Of a stretch of 64,000 nucleotides of DNA, positions 21,606-31,202 are shown in pieces; the stretch's first letter is position 1; each line of letters opens with the position of its first letter. The translations under genes were made by a program, and so were the position numbers. Source of the DNA: Candidatus Latescibacterota bacterium (GTDB lineage: Bacteria; Latescibacterota; UBA2968; GCA-2709665); assembly GCA_965208835.1 (NCBI GenBank), contig OZ242358.1, positions 3,008,001 through 3,072,000 on the forward strand. The letters run 5' to 3'. The notes below the pieces were generated by a model, which worked only from the letters and a program-made list of their open reading frames with translations, was not told the origin of the DNA and searched no databases.

Positions 21606-21877
21606 GGCCGTGCACCCCGCTTCGGCTTTCAGACCGGGGTATTCGGAAAGCGCCAGCTCCCGCCAGGGGCCCCCGCGGCACACGGCCGGGTTACCTACCG
21701 CTGCTACCTTCCGGTCCTGACGGGGTTCGGCAATCGTCCGTTGCGCAGGACCTGGCGATCGACACCGCGTACTGTCCGAATCACATCCCGAAATGAAGAG
21801 CCTCAAACGAGGAATTCAACCCCGCTATAGCGGATTGCGGGCTACAGGGCGCCGCTACTTCCCCGTCTAGCACGACC
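21606..21877 (-). ncRNA. ffs: Long bacterial SRP RNA with Alu domain
   Basis: 5' GGTCGTGCTAGACGGGGAAGTAGCGGCGCCCTGT...CCGCTATAGC Alu domain; helix 8 CCGTCAGGACCGGAAGGTAGCAGCGG; 3' GTGCACGGCC pairs with the 5' end; upstream of dnaX. Confidence 0.92.
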
Positions 21878-21941
21878 TGAAAAAGCAACCAGCAGCCGGC
21901 TTGATGCCGTGGGATCTGCTGACGGCCGATGGCTATGTTCC

Positions 21942-22017
21942 TGGTGGAGCTGATGGGATTCGAACCCACGACCTCCAGAGTGCGATTCTGGCGCTCTCCC
22001 AGCTGAGCTACAGCCCC
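21942..22017 (-). tRNA. tRNA-Ala(CGC)
   Basis: GGGGCTG acceptor stem, anticodon arm CCAGA-ATCGCAC-TCTGG, encoded CCA. Confidence 0.97.
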
Positions 22018-22069
22018 ACAATTCGCCGATTACGCAAGAGGCACGGAGCAGGACGAGGATGTCCGCTCT

Positions 22070-22447
22070 TCATGCATCGCTCTTTTCGATTGATATCCCG
22101 TCTGCCCGCGAGGCCGCTTTCAGCGCCTCCACACCCGAAAGCACACGTCCGACGGGGTTCACGGGACTGGCCGGCCGGATCTCGTCTCCCTGGCTTGCGG
22201 GCGTTGGACCGTAGAAGATGCAGAACGCTTTTCCGGGCGGCCAGTAGGCAAGATCGCCCACTTCCACGGTTTCCTGGGGGTCCTCCGGGTCCGCAGTGAC
22301 GGGGATCTGAAAGTAAATCTCATCGCCCCAGGTGTTGAAGCCGCTACGGATGGGCAACTCGGCCAGGATTCTGGACGCGGTCTCGGAGTCGTTCAGCTCT
22401 GCATCCAGCTCGACCGCTCCCACGTTAATCTTGATGGAATGCGCCAT
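22070..22447 (-). CDS. Cyclophilin-like fold protein (TM1367/DUF369-like)
   Basis: TWGDEIYF, GDLAYWPPGKAFCIFYGPTP, PASPVNPVG. Confidence 0.85.
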   Translation of the reverse strand: MAHSIKINVGAVELDAELNDSETASRILAELPIRSGFNTWGDEIYFQIPVTADPEDPQETVEVGDLAYWPPGKAFCIFYGPTPASQGDEIRPASPVNPVGRVLSGVEALKAASRADGISIEKSDA

Positions 22448-22523
22448 AAAGGTATTCGACACCTGCGAAGCGAGTGTGGCTTGCGTGGCAGCAGACCGGC
22501 CGGACGGTGACGAGACAGGTTTC

Positions 22524-22616
<93 letters not shown>

Positions 22617-23089
22617 ACATAAGCGGTTCTTAATGAAAAAATAGCGGCGGTTGGCCGACACGCGTCTCACTGTCTCCACGACCACAACACACCGCTCTCT
22701 ATTCCAAATATTAAGATACAATATTCACCCTATATCCGCAACTTTTTCCAGCAGGATTCGGATTCTCCCCACGAGTCCCAAATTGGACAAGGGATGCAGT
22801 TATTCATCGGCCGTCGGTGTCGCCGTGTTCCTCTGTCTGAGAGATCGGGGTTGTGCCCCGAGATGACTTCGTGCTGCACCCGGCTCGTCTGCGAGCGGTT
22901 TGTGTAACAACGGGATTGGTGGAAGACCGAGGATCTGTACCGTCCTGGTCAGCCTCGGAGGTGACGTCGATAACGATGTCCCAGCCCATTCGCAAGGGTA
23001 GACTGCATATGCTCCAGCCCGGTCCACCATTCACTCGCGACAAGAATAGGATTCTTAAAATACTGATTATAAGTATTTTAATAGATATT

Positions 23090-23180
<91 letters not shown>

Positions 23181-23236
23181 GCTCTAATGGAGGACACGCC
23201 GCAAACCCGTTCGCGACACCGAATTCCTTCACCGCG

Positions 23237-23713
23237 TTACGCGTCTTTCCGGCGCAAATCTTGAAAGAACCGTTTCAACATCTCCGAACAGGGTTCTTTG
23301 AGGACGGATCGACGAACGTCAATCCGGTGGTTAAGCCTCGAATCATCGACGACATTCCGCAGTGAACCGCACGCCCCCGTTTTCGGATCGTCCGCCCCGA
23401 ACACCAGGCGGGACACCCGAGCCAGCACGAGCGCGCCCGCGCACATCGCGCACGGTTCCAGCGTGACGTAGACGACGCAGTCGGTCAGCCACTTCATTCC
23501 GGTGTGTGACGTCGCGGACCGGATGGCCAGCATCTCCGCGTGCGCCGTGGGATCGTTGTCCCTCAGAATGCGGTTCTGCCCCCGTCCCACCACCTCACCG
23601 TTCCGCAGAATCACGGCGCCGACCGGCACCTCGCCCGCATCGCCGGCGGCGCGCGCCTCGGCAAGCGCCATTTCCATTCCGGCTTCGTCCGCGTCGGTCA
23701 ATTCACGCACCAT
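23237..23713 (-). CDS. tadA: tRNA adenosine(34) deaminase
   Basis: EVPVGAV, PTAHAE, TLEPCAMCAGA, DPKTGACGS. Confidence 0.95.
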   Translation of the reverse strand: MVRELTDADEAGMEMALAEARAAGDAGEVPVGAVILRNGEVVGRGQNRILRDNDPTAHAEMLAIRSATSHTGMKWLTDCVVYVTLEPCAMCAGALVLARVSRLVFGADDPKTGACGSLRNVVDDSRLNHRIDVRRSVLKEPCSEMLKRFFQDLRRKDA

Positions 23714-23870
23714 CCGGGCGGAAAATCCGCTACAGAATATCCACTGAAGAGCCAGATCAAAATACCGGATTCCGGTCTCGGCGTCAACCGTTTTCAGCAG
23801 GAACGGGGTCTCAAGGGACCGGTGGATTCGACCTGAAAATCCGGCGGAATTCCAGCGTACGACACGCTCC

Positions 23871-25181
23871 TCAGCGGCGGCGGCCGAGCCTGGCGATGAA
23901 GAAGGGGATCAGCATTTCCCGCTCGTGCAGCCCTCCGTGCCGGCCGCCCGCGATATCGGACGGAACGGCGTCGTCCCTGTATGCGTGGAACAGCGTGGCG
24001 CTGCCGCGCATCAGCGCAAGCACGTCGCCGATCCGGCCTGAGAGTCCTGGCGCACGCGGTCCGTTTCCCCACAGGCCGTCGGCGAGAGCCGTTTCGGTTT
24101 CAACGACGAACGCGGCACCCGCCAGCCCGGATTCAAGGGCGGACATGACATCCGTCACGGCGCCGTCACGCGCGTGAAAATACGCCGACCGCGCCGTGCC
24201 CGTCGGCGGCGCCGCGAGCCGGTGGTCGAGCCCGGGCAGCGCCGCGACCGGTACGATGTCCGCCTCGTCAACCTGAATATGCCCGTGGTCGGCGAGGAGC
24301 ATGAACGCGGCGCTCACGTCGTGTCTTTCCAGGGGCGAAAGCAACTCTCGTTCAATCGCGTAGCCCAGACTGTGGATCTCTCCCTCCGGTTCTTCGCCCC
24401 TGGTGCCGTATTTGTGCTGGATCGTGTCCATCGTGTCCGTATACAGCCAGATACACGATGGGCGTCCCGGATCCGAGGTCAACATGGTTCGAACCTGGAT
24501 GAACAGGTCCGATGCGTTCACGAACGGAATCACGTCGGTAGCGCCGTCGTACAACATCTCGGAAAGGCCGCTGTGCGCCAGCGACCGGTGAATCATGCAA
24601 TAGGACGAAATCCCCGCCGCCGTCAACAGGCTGTGTACCGTGGGCACACCCAGCAGCGTCCTGGCGTCGCCGCTGTTCAGCAGCATCCGCCCGAACCGTT
24701 CGTCCGCCTCGGGGCTCAACCGGATCATATTCGCCACGTATCCACGGTCCGGCATGTACATCCGGTAGCCGGCGACGCCGTGTCCGGCCGGCGGCAGCCC
24801 CGTGTGAAACGACGAAAGCGCCGCCGCGGTGGTCGACGGGAATACCGACGTGAGCGGCACGAACCGCCCCCGCTCAGCCAGCGCATGGAAACCGGGTACC
24901 GTACCGGAGTCCATCGCCCGCGTCAACGTCAGGTAGCCCAACGCGTCCACCAGCGTGACGACCAGTTTCTCCGCGCCGACGAGTTCGCCTCCCACGACCT
25001 CTTCCGCCAGCCCAGGTAACCGATTCCCGCCGACACCGAAATGCCGCAATACGGTTGGCGCCACGTTCGCCAGGCTGTACCCGTCGTACGCGGGCCACAC
25101 GAACTCGTCCGGCAACGCCGCATTGGCGATACGTGCATGCTGCCGCAGTCGCCTCAGAATCCGCTGTGCATTCGGGTTCAT
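23871..25181 (-). CDS. Alkaline phosphatase superfamily / nucleotide pyrophosphatase
   Basis: LVDALG, SVFPSTTAAAL, ADHGH, HGGL..REM. Confidence 0.85.
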   Translation of the reverse strand: MNPNAQRILRRLRQHARIANAALPDEFVWPAYDGYSLANVAPTVLRHFGVGGNRLPGLAEEVVGGELVGAEKLVVTLVDALGYLTLTRAMDSGTVPGFHALAERGRFVPLTSVFPSTTAAALSSFHTGLPPAGHGVAGYRMYMPDRGYVANMIRLSPEADERFGRMLLNSGDARTLLGVPTVHSLLTAAGISSYCMIHRSLAHSGLSEMLYDGATDVIPFVNASDLFIQVRTMLTSDPGRPSCIWLYTDTMDTIQHKYGTRGEEPEGEIHSLGYAIERELLSPLERHDVSAAFMLLADHGHIQVDEADIVPVAALPGLDHRLAAPPTGTARSAYFHARDGAVTDVMSALESGLAGAAFVVETETALADGLWGNGPRAPGLSGRIGDVLALMRGSATLFHAYRDDAVPSDIAGGRHGGLHEREMLIPFFIARLGRRR

Positions 25182-25411
25182 TCCACATCCAGTCAATGGG
25201 GTTCGCCTGGATCAGGACAGGGCATCAAGTTAGACGGCGCAAGGCATCATGTCAAGGCCGAATCCCGGCACACAGACCCCAACCGCACACCCTGCGATTG
25301 TACGCGAGAATCGCCCTATTTGCCGTGTCGGCGGAGGCCGCAGAAACTGATTTTGTGCTTGACACCACAGGCGCCTTGTGGTAATTTCATCCAGCTTCAG
25401 AATGCCAGGGT

Positions 25412-25487
25412 TCCGGCGTAGCTCAGCTGGCAGAGCGGGTGGCTGTTAACCACTAGGTCGTAGGTTCGAGTCCTACCGCCGGAGCCA
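25412..25487 (+). tRNA. tRNA-Asn(GTT)
   Basis: GGTGG-CTGTTAA-CCACT anticodon arm, CCA; TTGACA-N17-TAATTT promoter at 25359-25387. Confidence 0.97.
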
Positions 25488-25653
25488 TTTTTCGACCGTC
25501 ATCGCATAAGACTGAATGACGCCCCGAAGGACGCATCCTCCGGGGCCTCGTCGTATCAGAAGCGAAATGAGGGCCGGGACCGAAAACCCGCAAGGACGTA
25601 GCTGTAACCGGGAATTTCAAATCGGTCCGGAACCGCGGACTGGAAGGCACGCC

Positions 25654-26118
25654 ATGGATGCCGGGACGTCCGGGAAGACGCCCGAGACTGCAGGGAAGAC
25701 CGGCGCAAAGCCGGTACTCCTCTCGGGAGGCAATCCACAGATCGCGAAGGCCGACGGGGACGCCCCCGTGCAGGCGTACATCGCGGCCATGCCGGGCTGG
25801 AAGCGCGACGTCGGACGGCGCCTCGACGACCTCATCGTTCGCACGGTACCAGACGTGCGCAAGGCCGTGAGGTGGAACTCCCCATGGTATGGCATCGAGG
25901 GCCGGGGCTGGTTCGCGAGTTACCACGTCTTCTCCCGCTACGTCAAGGTGACTTTCCTCAACGGCGCGTCGCTGCGACCCGTCCCTCCCGGCTCGGGCAA
26001 GGACAGGGACACGCGTTGGGTGGACATCTACGAAGACGAGCTCGACGAGGCGCAGATGACATCGTGGGTCAGGCAGTCGGCAGCCCTGCCCGGCTGGCAC
26101 GGGTTCGACACGCAGTGA
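25654..26118 (+). CDS. DUF1801 (YdhG-like) domain protein
   Basis: LLSGGNPQIAKADGDAPVQAYIAAMPGWK...KAVRWNSPWYG. Confidence 0.85.
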   Translation: MDAGTSGKTPETAGKTGAKPVLLSGGNPQIAKADGDAPVQAYIAAMPGWKRDVGRRLDDLIVRTVPDVRKAVRWNSPWYGIEGRGWFASYHVFSRYVKVTFLNGASLRPVPPGSGKDRDTRWVDIYEDELDEAQMTSWVRQSAALPGWHGFDTQ

Positions 26119-26146
26119 GGTTGAATTTGAAACGATAAAGGAGAAT

Positions 26147-26848
26147 ATGGCAAACTTCCCGAAAAATCGAGCGTTAACCCGCCTCGCTGTGTGCTTCCTG
26201 GGTCTCGCGCTGGCGTGGAACTGCGCTGATACAGAAGTGAATGAACCGCCCAGATCCGAAGATGCTCCAGCGCAAGGCGCGAGCAGTCCCGTGGTTGTCA
26301 ACCCGAATCTCGCTGTAGGCGCTGAACTCGGCGCACTCCCGGGGATGAGCCAGGCACTCGCCGACGCGATTCAGCAGCAACGCCCGTTCATTAATATGGA
26401 AGCACTGCACGCGGTGGTCGCTCAACACCTGAGCCGGAAGGAAGCGGAGAACCTCTACGTACGCCTGTTCGTTCCAATCAACCTGAACAGCGCCAGCAAG
26501 GCGGAGATGCTCCTGGTGCCGGGCGTGGGAGAACGGATCGCCCACGAGTTCGAGGAGTACCGTCCTTATACGGCCATCGCCCAGTGGAAGCGCGAGATGG
26601 GCAAATATCTTGACGACGCCGACGTGGATCGCATGGGGCGATACGTCTTCGTGCCCATCGACCTGAATACGGCCACCGAGGCCGAAATCCTCGCCATCCC
26701 CGGCGTGGGCAAACGCATGGCGCATGAGTTCGAGGAGTACCGTCCCTATTCGAACATCGAGCAGTTCCGCCGCGAAATCGGGAAGTACGTGGACGATCGC
26801 GAGGTCGCGCGCCTGGAACGGTACGTGGAGATTCGACCGCGCGAATAG
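26147..26848 (+). CDS. Helix-hairpin-helix repeat lipoprotein (ComEA-like)
   Basis: Lipobox-like LAWNC; three HhH-like units; two 60-aa internal duplicates (PINLNSA...PGVG...HEFEEYRPY). Confidence 0.75.
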   Translation: MANFPKNRALTRLAVCFLGLALAWNCADTEVNEPPRSEDAPAQGASSPVVVNPNLAVGAELGALPGMSQALADAIQQQRPFINMEALHAVVAQHLSRKEAENLYVRLFVPINLNSASKAEMLLVPGVGERIAHEFEEYRPYTAIAQWKREMGKYLDDADVDRMGRYVFVPIDLNTATEAEILAIPGVGKRMAHEFEEYRPYSNIEQFRREIGKYVDDREVARLERYVEIRPRE

Positions 26849-26884
26849 TTCCAATCTCCATCGGCTTACCCACCACTCGTCCAA

Positions 26885-26925
26885 CGCCAAGACCCCGCGG
26901 GCAATCTGCCGGCGGGGTCTTGGCG
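26885..26925. terminator. Stem-loop downstream of the HhH gene
   Basis: CGCCAAGACCCCG...CGGGGTCTTGGCG inverted repeat. Confidence 0.6.
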
Positions 26926-27207
26926 TATCTGCTATTATTTCAAACAGTTGCGGTCGCCGACGCATCGAAATCTGCCATGTCTCTCCGATCCCCTTTCCAA
27001 TGCGCCAACTGCGCTGCCACCCGGTATTGCTGCGGATTTTCTGCTGCATATTGCACTTCGAGATTGACCTGGTCCCGTTGAAGTCATATATAAAGAGTAC
27101 TCATACTCAATTCGAACAACGTCCGCGTACGAACCCGCCGGATGCGTGGGTGGCCGACCCATGCCCCGGCCGCGGGTTCCGATGATTTAACGTGGAGGCC
27201 GGAGCGC

Positions 27208-28866
27208 GTGCACGAAATCGACTTTCTAGGGGACCTGATAATCGTACTGGGTTCTGCGGTCCTGGTCGCGACGGTACTGCGCCGCGCTGGCATTCCGTCG
27301 ATCGCCGGTCTGATTCTTGCCGGCATGCTGGCCGGCCCCACGGCGCTCGGACTCGTGGACGACACGCATCAGGTCGAGATCATGGCCGAGGTCGGGATCG
27401 TGCTCCTGCTCTTCGGCATCGGCCTGGAGCTCTCGCTCAGCCATATGCGGCGGCTGTGGCATGCCATCCTGTTGGGCGGCGGCATCCAGGTGAGCGCTAC
27501 GATCCTGTGCACCGCGCTTGCGGCTGTCTGGTTCGGAATGACACCCGGGCCCGCGGTGTTTCTGGGTTTCATCGTCGCGGTCTCCAGCACGGCCATTGTG
27601 CTGCGCGGACTTTCAGCACGTGGTGAACTGGATGCGCCGCACGGCCGCCTGGCCGTCGGGATACTCATCTTTCAGGACCTGTGTGTGGTTCCGATGATCC
27701 TGGCGGTTCCATTTCTGGCAGGTCAGGACGGTACCACGTGGGAAATCGCGGTCGCAGCGGCTACGGGCCTGGCCATTCTGGTTGGCGTGCTTGTTGCCGC
27801 CAATCGAACGGTGCCCTACATACTCGCATTCGTTGCCAGATCGCGAGAGAGAGAGCTGTTCGTACTCACGGTGTTTCTCGTGTGTTTCGGCATTGCGTGG
27901 GTCCTGTCTATGGCGGGAATCTCGCTGGCGCTGGGCGCGTTCCTTGCGGGCCTGGTCGTGGCCGGCAGCGAGTTTCGTCACCAGGCGATGTCGGACCTGA
28001 TACCCGTACGCGAAGCCTTCGCCAGCCTCTTCTTCGTGTCCGTGGGCATGCTGCTGGATGTTTCGGATGTACTTGCGCATCTGCTGCCGACGCTCGGGCT
28101 GTGCGGACTGATTCTGGTTGGCAAATTCGTCATCGTATTCGTGATGGGCCTGATCCTCCGGCTTCCGCTCCGCGTCGCGATCCAGTCCGCGGCGACTCTG
28201 TGTCAGATCGGCGAGTTCTCGTTCGTTCTGCTGAACGCGGCCTCGGGGACGGCCCTTCTCGATGCCGGACTGTCCCACAACCTCCTCCTGGCGATCATCC
28301 TGTCCATGCTGCTCACACCTATCGCGATTGCCTTCGCCCCTCACCTGGCGCTGGGTGTCACCCGTATTCCATGGCTCAACCGGATTCTGGACGCCGAGCC
28401 TCCCGGAATCGACACGCACGAACCGCACAGCGACCACGTCATCGTCGCCGGATACGGCAGGGCGGGCCGGGAGGTCTGCCACGCGGCCCGGGACGCGGGA
28501 TTCGCCTGCGTTGCGGTTGACGTCAACGTGGACAACGTCCGCAGGGCGCATGCAGCAGGAGACCTGGCGGTGTACGGCGACGTCACCCAGACGGAAGTCC
28601 TCGAAGAACTCGGATGCGGGGATGCGCGTCTGGTTGTGGTGACGATCAACGACACCCGGGCGACCGAGGTCGCCGTCCGCGCGATTCGGCGCGCTGCTCC
28701 GGACACCCCCATCATCGCGCGCACCCTGTACGATATGGACGAGAGCTCACTGCGTTCCGCGGGCGCCACCCGGGTCATCACGGCCGAAGCGACCACCAGC
28801 GACGTCGTCGTCGACACATGCCTCGCGGAACTGGGATCGGAAGCCGGGGCCGGACCCGCCCCGTGA
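27208..28866 (+). CDS. CPA2 cation:proton antiporter with TrkA-N domain (Kef-like)
   Basis: About 13 TM helices; AEVGIVLLLFGIGLEL, LIFQDL, QIGEFSFV; C-terminal AGYGRAG and YGDVT. Confidence 0.92.
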   Translation: MHEIDFLGDLIIVLGSAVLVATVLRRAGIPSIAGLILAGMLAGPTALGLVDDTHQVEIMAEVGIVLLLFGIGLELSLSHMRRLWHAILLGGGIQVSATILCTALAAVWFGMTPGPAVFLGFIVAVSSTAIVLRGLSARGELDAPHGRLAVGILIFQDLCVVPMILAVPFLAGQDGTTWEIAVAAATGLAILVGVLVAANRTVPYILAFVARSRERELFVLTVFLVCFGIAWVLSMAGISLALGAFLAGLVVAGSEFRHQAMSDLIPVREAFASLFFVSVGMLLDVSDVLAHLLPTLGLCGLILVGKFVIVFVMGLILRLPLRVAIQSAATLCQIGEFSFVLLNAASGTALLDAGLSHNLLLAIILSMLLTPIAIAFAPHLALGVTRIPWLNRILDAEPPGIDTHEPHSDHVIVAGYGRAGREVCHAARDAGFACVAVDVNVDNVRRAHAAGDLAVYGDVTQTEVLEELGCGDARLVVVTINDTRATEVAVRAIRRAAPDTPIIARTLYDMDESSLRSAGATRVITAEATTSDVVVDTCLAELGSEAGAGPAP

Positions 28867-28926
28867 CCCCTATCCCGCAACCTTTCACGCGAGAGATTGC
28901 CAGGCAAGAGCGGCCGCGTTGTATCT

Positions 28927-28954
28927 GTAGGGGCAACCGGCCGGGCGCCCCTAC
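28927..28954. repeat. GTAG-type REP-like palindrome
   Basis: GTAGGGGCAACCGGCCGGGCGCCCCTAC. Confidence 0.6.
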
Positions 28955-29063
28955 GAAAGCCGGCCTAAAGGCAGACAGGAATGTCAGCCCCACCCAAACA
29001 CACGCTTTCTCGAAGTCTCGACAAGCCATTGATGGATAGTGCCTGTCTAACGGGAGTGCGAAG

Positions 29064-29849
29064 ATGATCAGCCGACAACTACGTCTGGCGATGACAGTCC
29101 TGACAATTCTGGTGCTTGCTTCAGCGGGTTTGGGGGCAGAACAAAGCGATGAGGGCGTGGAGGACCTGCGGCGGCGCGCCTTGAAAGGCGAGGCCGAGGC
29201 GCAATTCCTTCTTGGGGCCATGTACGCGAGCGCACAGGGCGTGAAGCAGGACTTTGCGGAAGCGGTCAGGTTGTTGCGTCTCGCCGCCGATCAGGGCCAT
29301 GCGGACGCGCAGGCCAGCCTCGGATGGATGTACGCCTTGGGTCTGGGCCTTAAACGGGACAACGCAGAGGCAGTCAAATGGTACCGTGCCGCCGCGGCAC
29401 AAGGACACGCCGACGCCCGGTTCAAACTGGGAACGGCTTATGCCCGCGGACGCGGCGCACCGAGGGATCTCGCCAAAGCGGCTGAATATTACCGCTCCGC
29501 GGCGGACCAGGGCCACGCCGGCGCGCAGTACCTCCTCGGAATTACGTACGCCAACGCCCGCGGGGTGCCACGTGACTATGCAGAGGCGTTCAAGTGGTTC
29601 CGCCGGGCGGTCGACCAGGGGTTTGCGCGAGCGCGATCACAGCTTGGGATGATGTACGCGATGGGTCTGGGTGTGGAGCGGGACGACATTAAAGCCCACG
29701 CCCACTGCAGCCTGGCCGCCGCTGCCGGAGACAGCCTGGGAAGCGTCGTGCGCGACAATCTGGAAAATACGATGACACCCGCCCAGATCGCCGAAGCCCG
29801 GCGGCTCGCGAAGGCTTGGAGCGGAAAGGCAAAATTCAACAGGAAATAG
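29064..29849 (+). CDS. Secreted Sel1-repeat protein
   Basis: Signal peptide; five AQ..LG.MY..G.GV..D..EA..W..AA.QG repeats. Confidence 0.93.
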   Translation: MISRQLRLAMTVLTILVLASAGLGAEQSDEGVEDLRRRALKGEAEAQFLLGAMYASAQGVKQDFAEAVRLLRLAADQGHADAQASLGWMYALGLGLKRDNAEAVKWYRAAAAQGHADARFKLGTAYARGRGAPRDLAKAAEYYRSAADQGHAGAQYLLGITYANARGVPRDYAEAFKWFRRAVDQGFARARSQLGMMYAMGLGVERDDIKAHAHCSLAAAAGDSLGSVVRDNLENTMTPAQIAEARRLAKAWSGKAKFNRK

Positions 29850-29884
29850 ATGGCGTAGCCCAGGTTCCCGTGCAGGAAAAGACA

Positions 29885-29913
29885 AGGCCCCTGAAACGCG
29901 GGGGCCTTTTTTT
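29885..29913 (+). terminator. Bidirectional-type intrinsic terminator
   Basis: AGGCCCC...GGGGCCT followed by a T-tract, with an A-tract upstream. Confidence 0.7.
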
Positions 29914-29933
29914 CGGTCCTATCGGTGTTACTC

Positions 29934-30227
29934 TCACACTGGTTGCGGTTCGTACCGTTCGACCTCAATTTCGTGTTCACGCGCCTGCGCCTGCGCAACG
30001 TCGTACGCCGCCTGCAAGCGTATCCAGCCTTCAGTCGTCGAACCGAAGGCCTTGGCCAGCCGCACCGCCATTTCGCCAGAAATCCGCGAGTGGCAATTGA
30101 CCAGGTTTGACAGCCCCTGACGACTTACGCCCAGGACCTTTGCGCCTTCGGTAACGCTTAGCCCCAGTGGCTCAAGGCACGATACACGTACGACCTTCCC
30201 CGGATGCGGCGGATTTTTCATCGGCAT
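29934..30227 (-). CDS. higA: HigA family antitoxin
   Basis: MKNPPHPG...LSVTEGAKVLGVSRQ...ISGEMAVRLAKAFG...LQAAYD. Confidence 0.93.
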   Translation of the reverse strand: MPMKNPPHPGKVVRVSCLEPLGLSVTEGAKVLGVSRQGLSNLVNCHSRISGEMAVRLAKAFGSTTEGWIRLQAAYDVAQAQAREHEIEVERYEPQPV

Positions 30228-30243
30228 TAAGTTTCTCCTAAAT

Positions 30244-30522
30244 TCAGTGGTAGTCGATCAACTCCACATCGTATACGTCCCCGCCGTCGAAGCGAAAAAT
30301 GATGCGCCAGTTCGCTTTCACAGTGACGGACCAATATCCCTTCAACTCCCCTTTCAGGGCATGCAGCCTGTACCGCGGCAGGCGCATGGCTTCAGGTGAA
30401 CACGCGACATCGAGCTGGGCTAGAATGACTTCCACGCGGTCATGCAGATCGGTGCCGATTCGGCTGCGGTCGTCATGATCGTAGAATCGTCTGAGGCCCC
30501 GATGTCGAAAACTCCGTATCAT
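30244..30522 (-). CDS. higB: HigB (RelE/ParE superfamily) toxin
   Basis: MIRSFRHRGLRRF...LHALKGELKGYWSVTVKANWRIIFRF...DYH. Confidence 0.93.
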   Translation of the reverse strand: MIRSFRHRGLRRFYDHDDRSRIGTDLHDRVEVILAQLDVACSPEAMRLPRYRLHALKGELKGYWSVTVKANWRIIFRFDGGDVYDVELIDYH

Positions 30523-30528
30523 CCCTTA

Positions 30529-30557
30529 AATGTAAAGTGTCTATAGACACTTGTCAA
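30529..30557 (-). promoter_or_regulatory. higBA promoter with palindromic operator, probably leaderless
   Basis: TTGACA-N17-TACATT; perfect 18-bp palindrome AAGTGTCTATAGACACTT at 30535-30552; ATG 7 nt after the -10. Confidence 0.8.
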
Positions 30558-30853
30558 CAACAAGACAGGGTTGATTCTCCGTCAGCAATGAACGCGTGGC
30601 GCTTGCGGACGGCACTGACGCGTTCTGGTGTTTTCGCCATTCTGTCGACCTGAATTTCACGGCCGCACAATGCCAACCCGGGCGCCGTGTCCCGGTACAC
30701 CCACGCGAGGCAGTTGCCCAGATTCGTGAGCGCCTGACGACTTACGCACAGGCCACTTGTGGCTGTGGTGACAATTGGACCAAGTGGATCCGTGCAAGAT
30801 CCTCGTACCACCCTCCCCGGATGCGGCGGCGGATGCTTCTTCGGCATTGACAT
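30554..30853 (-). pseudogene. Degenerate higA copy
   Basis: MPKKHPPPHPGRVVRGSCTDPLG...VSRQALTNLGNC aligns to the intact HigA, then degenerates. Confidence 0.75.
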
Positions 30854-31202
30854 TCCTCTATATTCAGACGATGACGGCCGGGCCGAAGTGGAATGGTCAG
30901 CCCCATTGAGTTAATTCACTTCCTGGCGTCCGGCCTGGATTTCAAGCGCTCATCGGTTATTTGTTCTCAGGCCATCGTATGAATTATTCGTAGAATATTG
31001 ATGAATAACATGACTTTTTCATGATATTTTCGACCGATCTACTTGAAATATACGATTTTTACATTAGATTTACCGTACAGAAGAACCGTATTGAAAACGA
31101 GCTGTTGTTCGCGGAACGCAATCAGACGCTCCCCCGGTGACCTGAACGTGCCGGGCCGCATATTGTGTCGTAAGGGTGTATTCGTCGCGAGGAGAGACGT
31201 AA

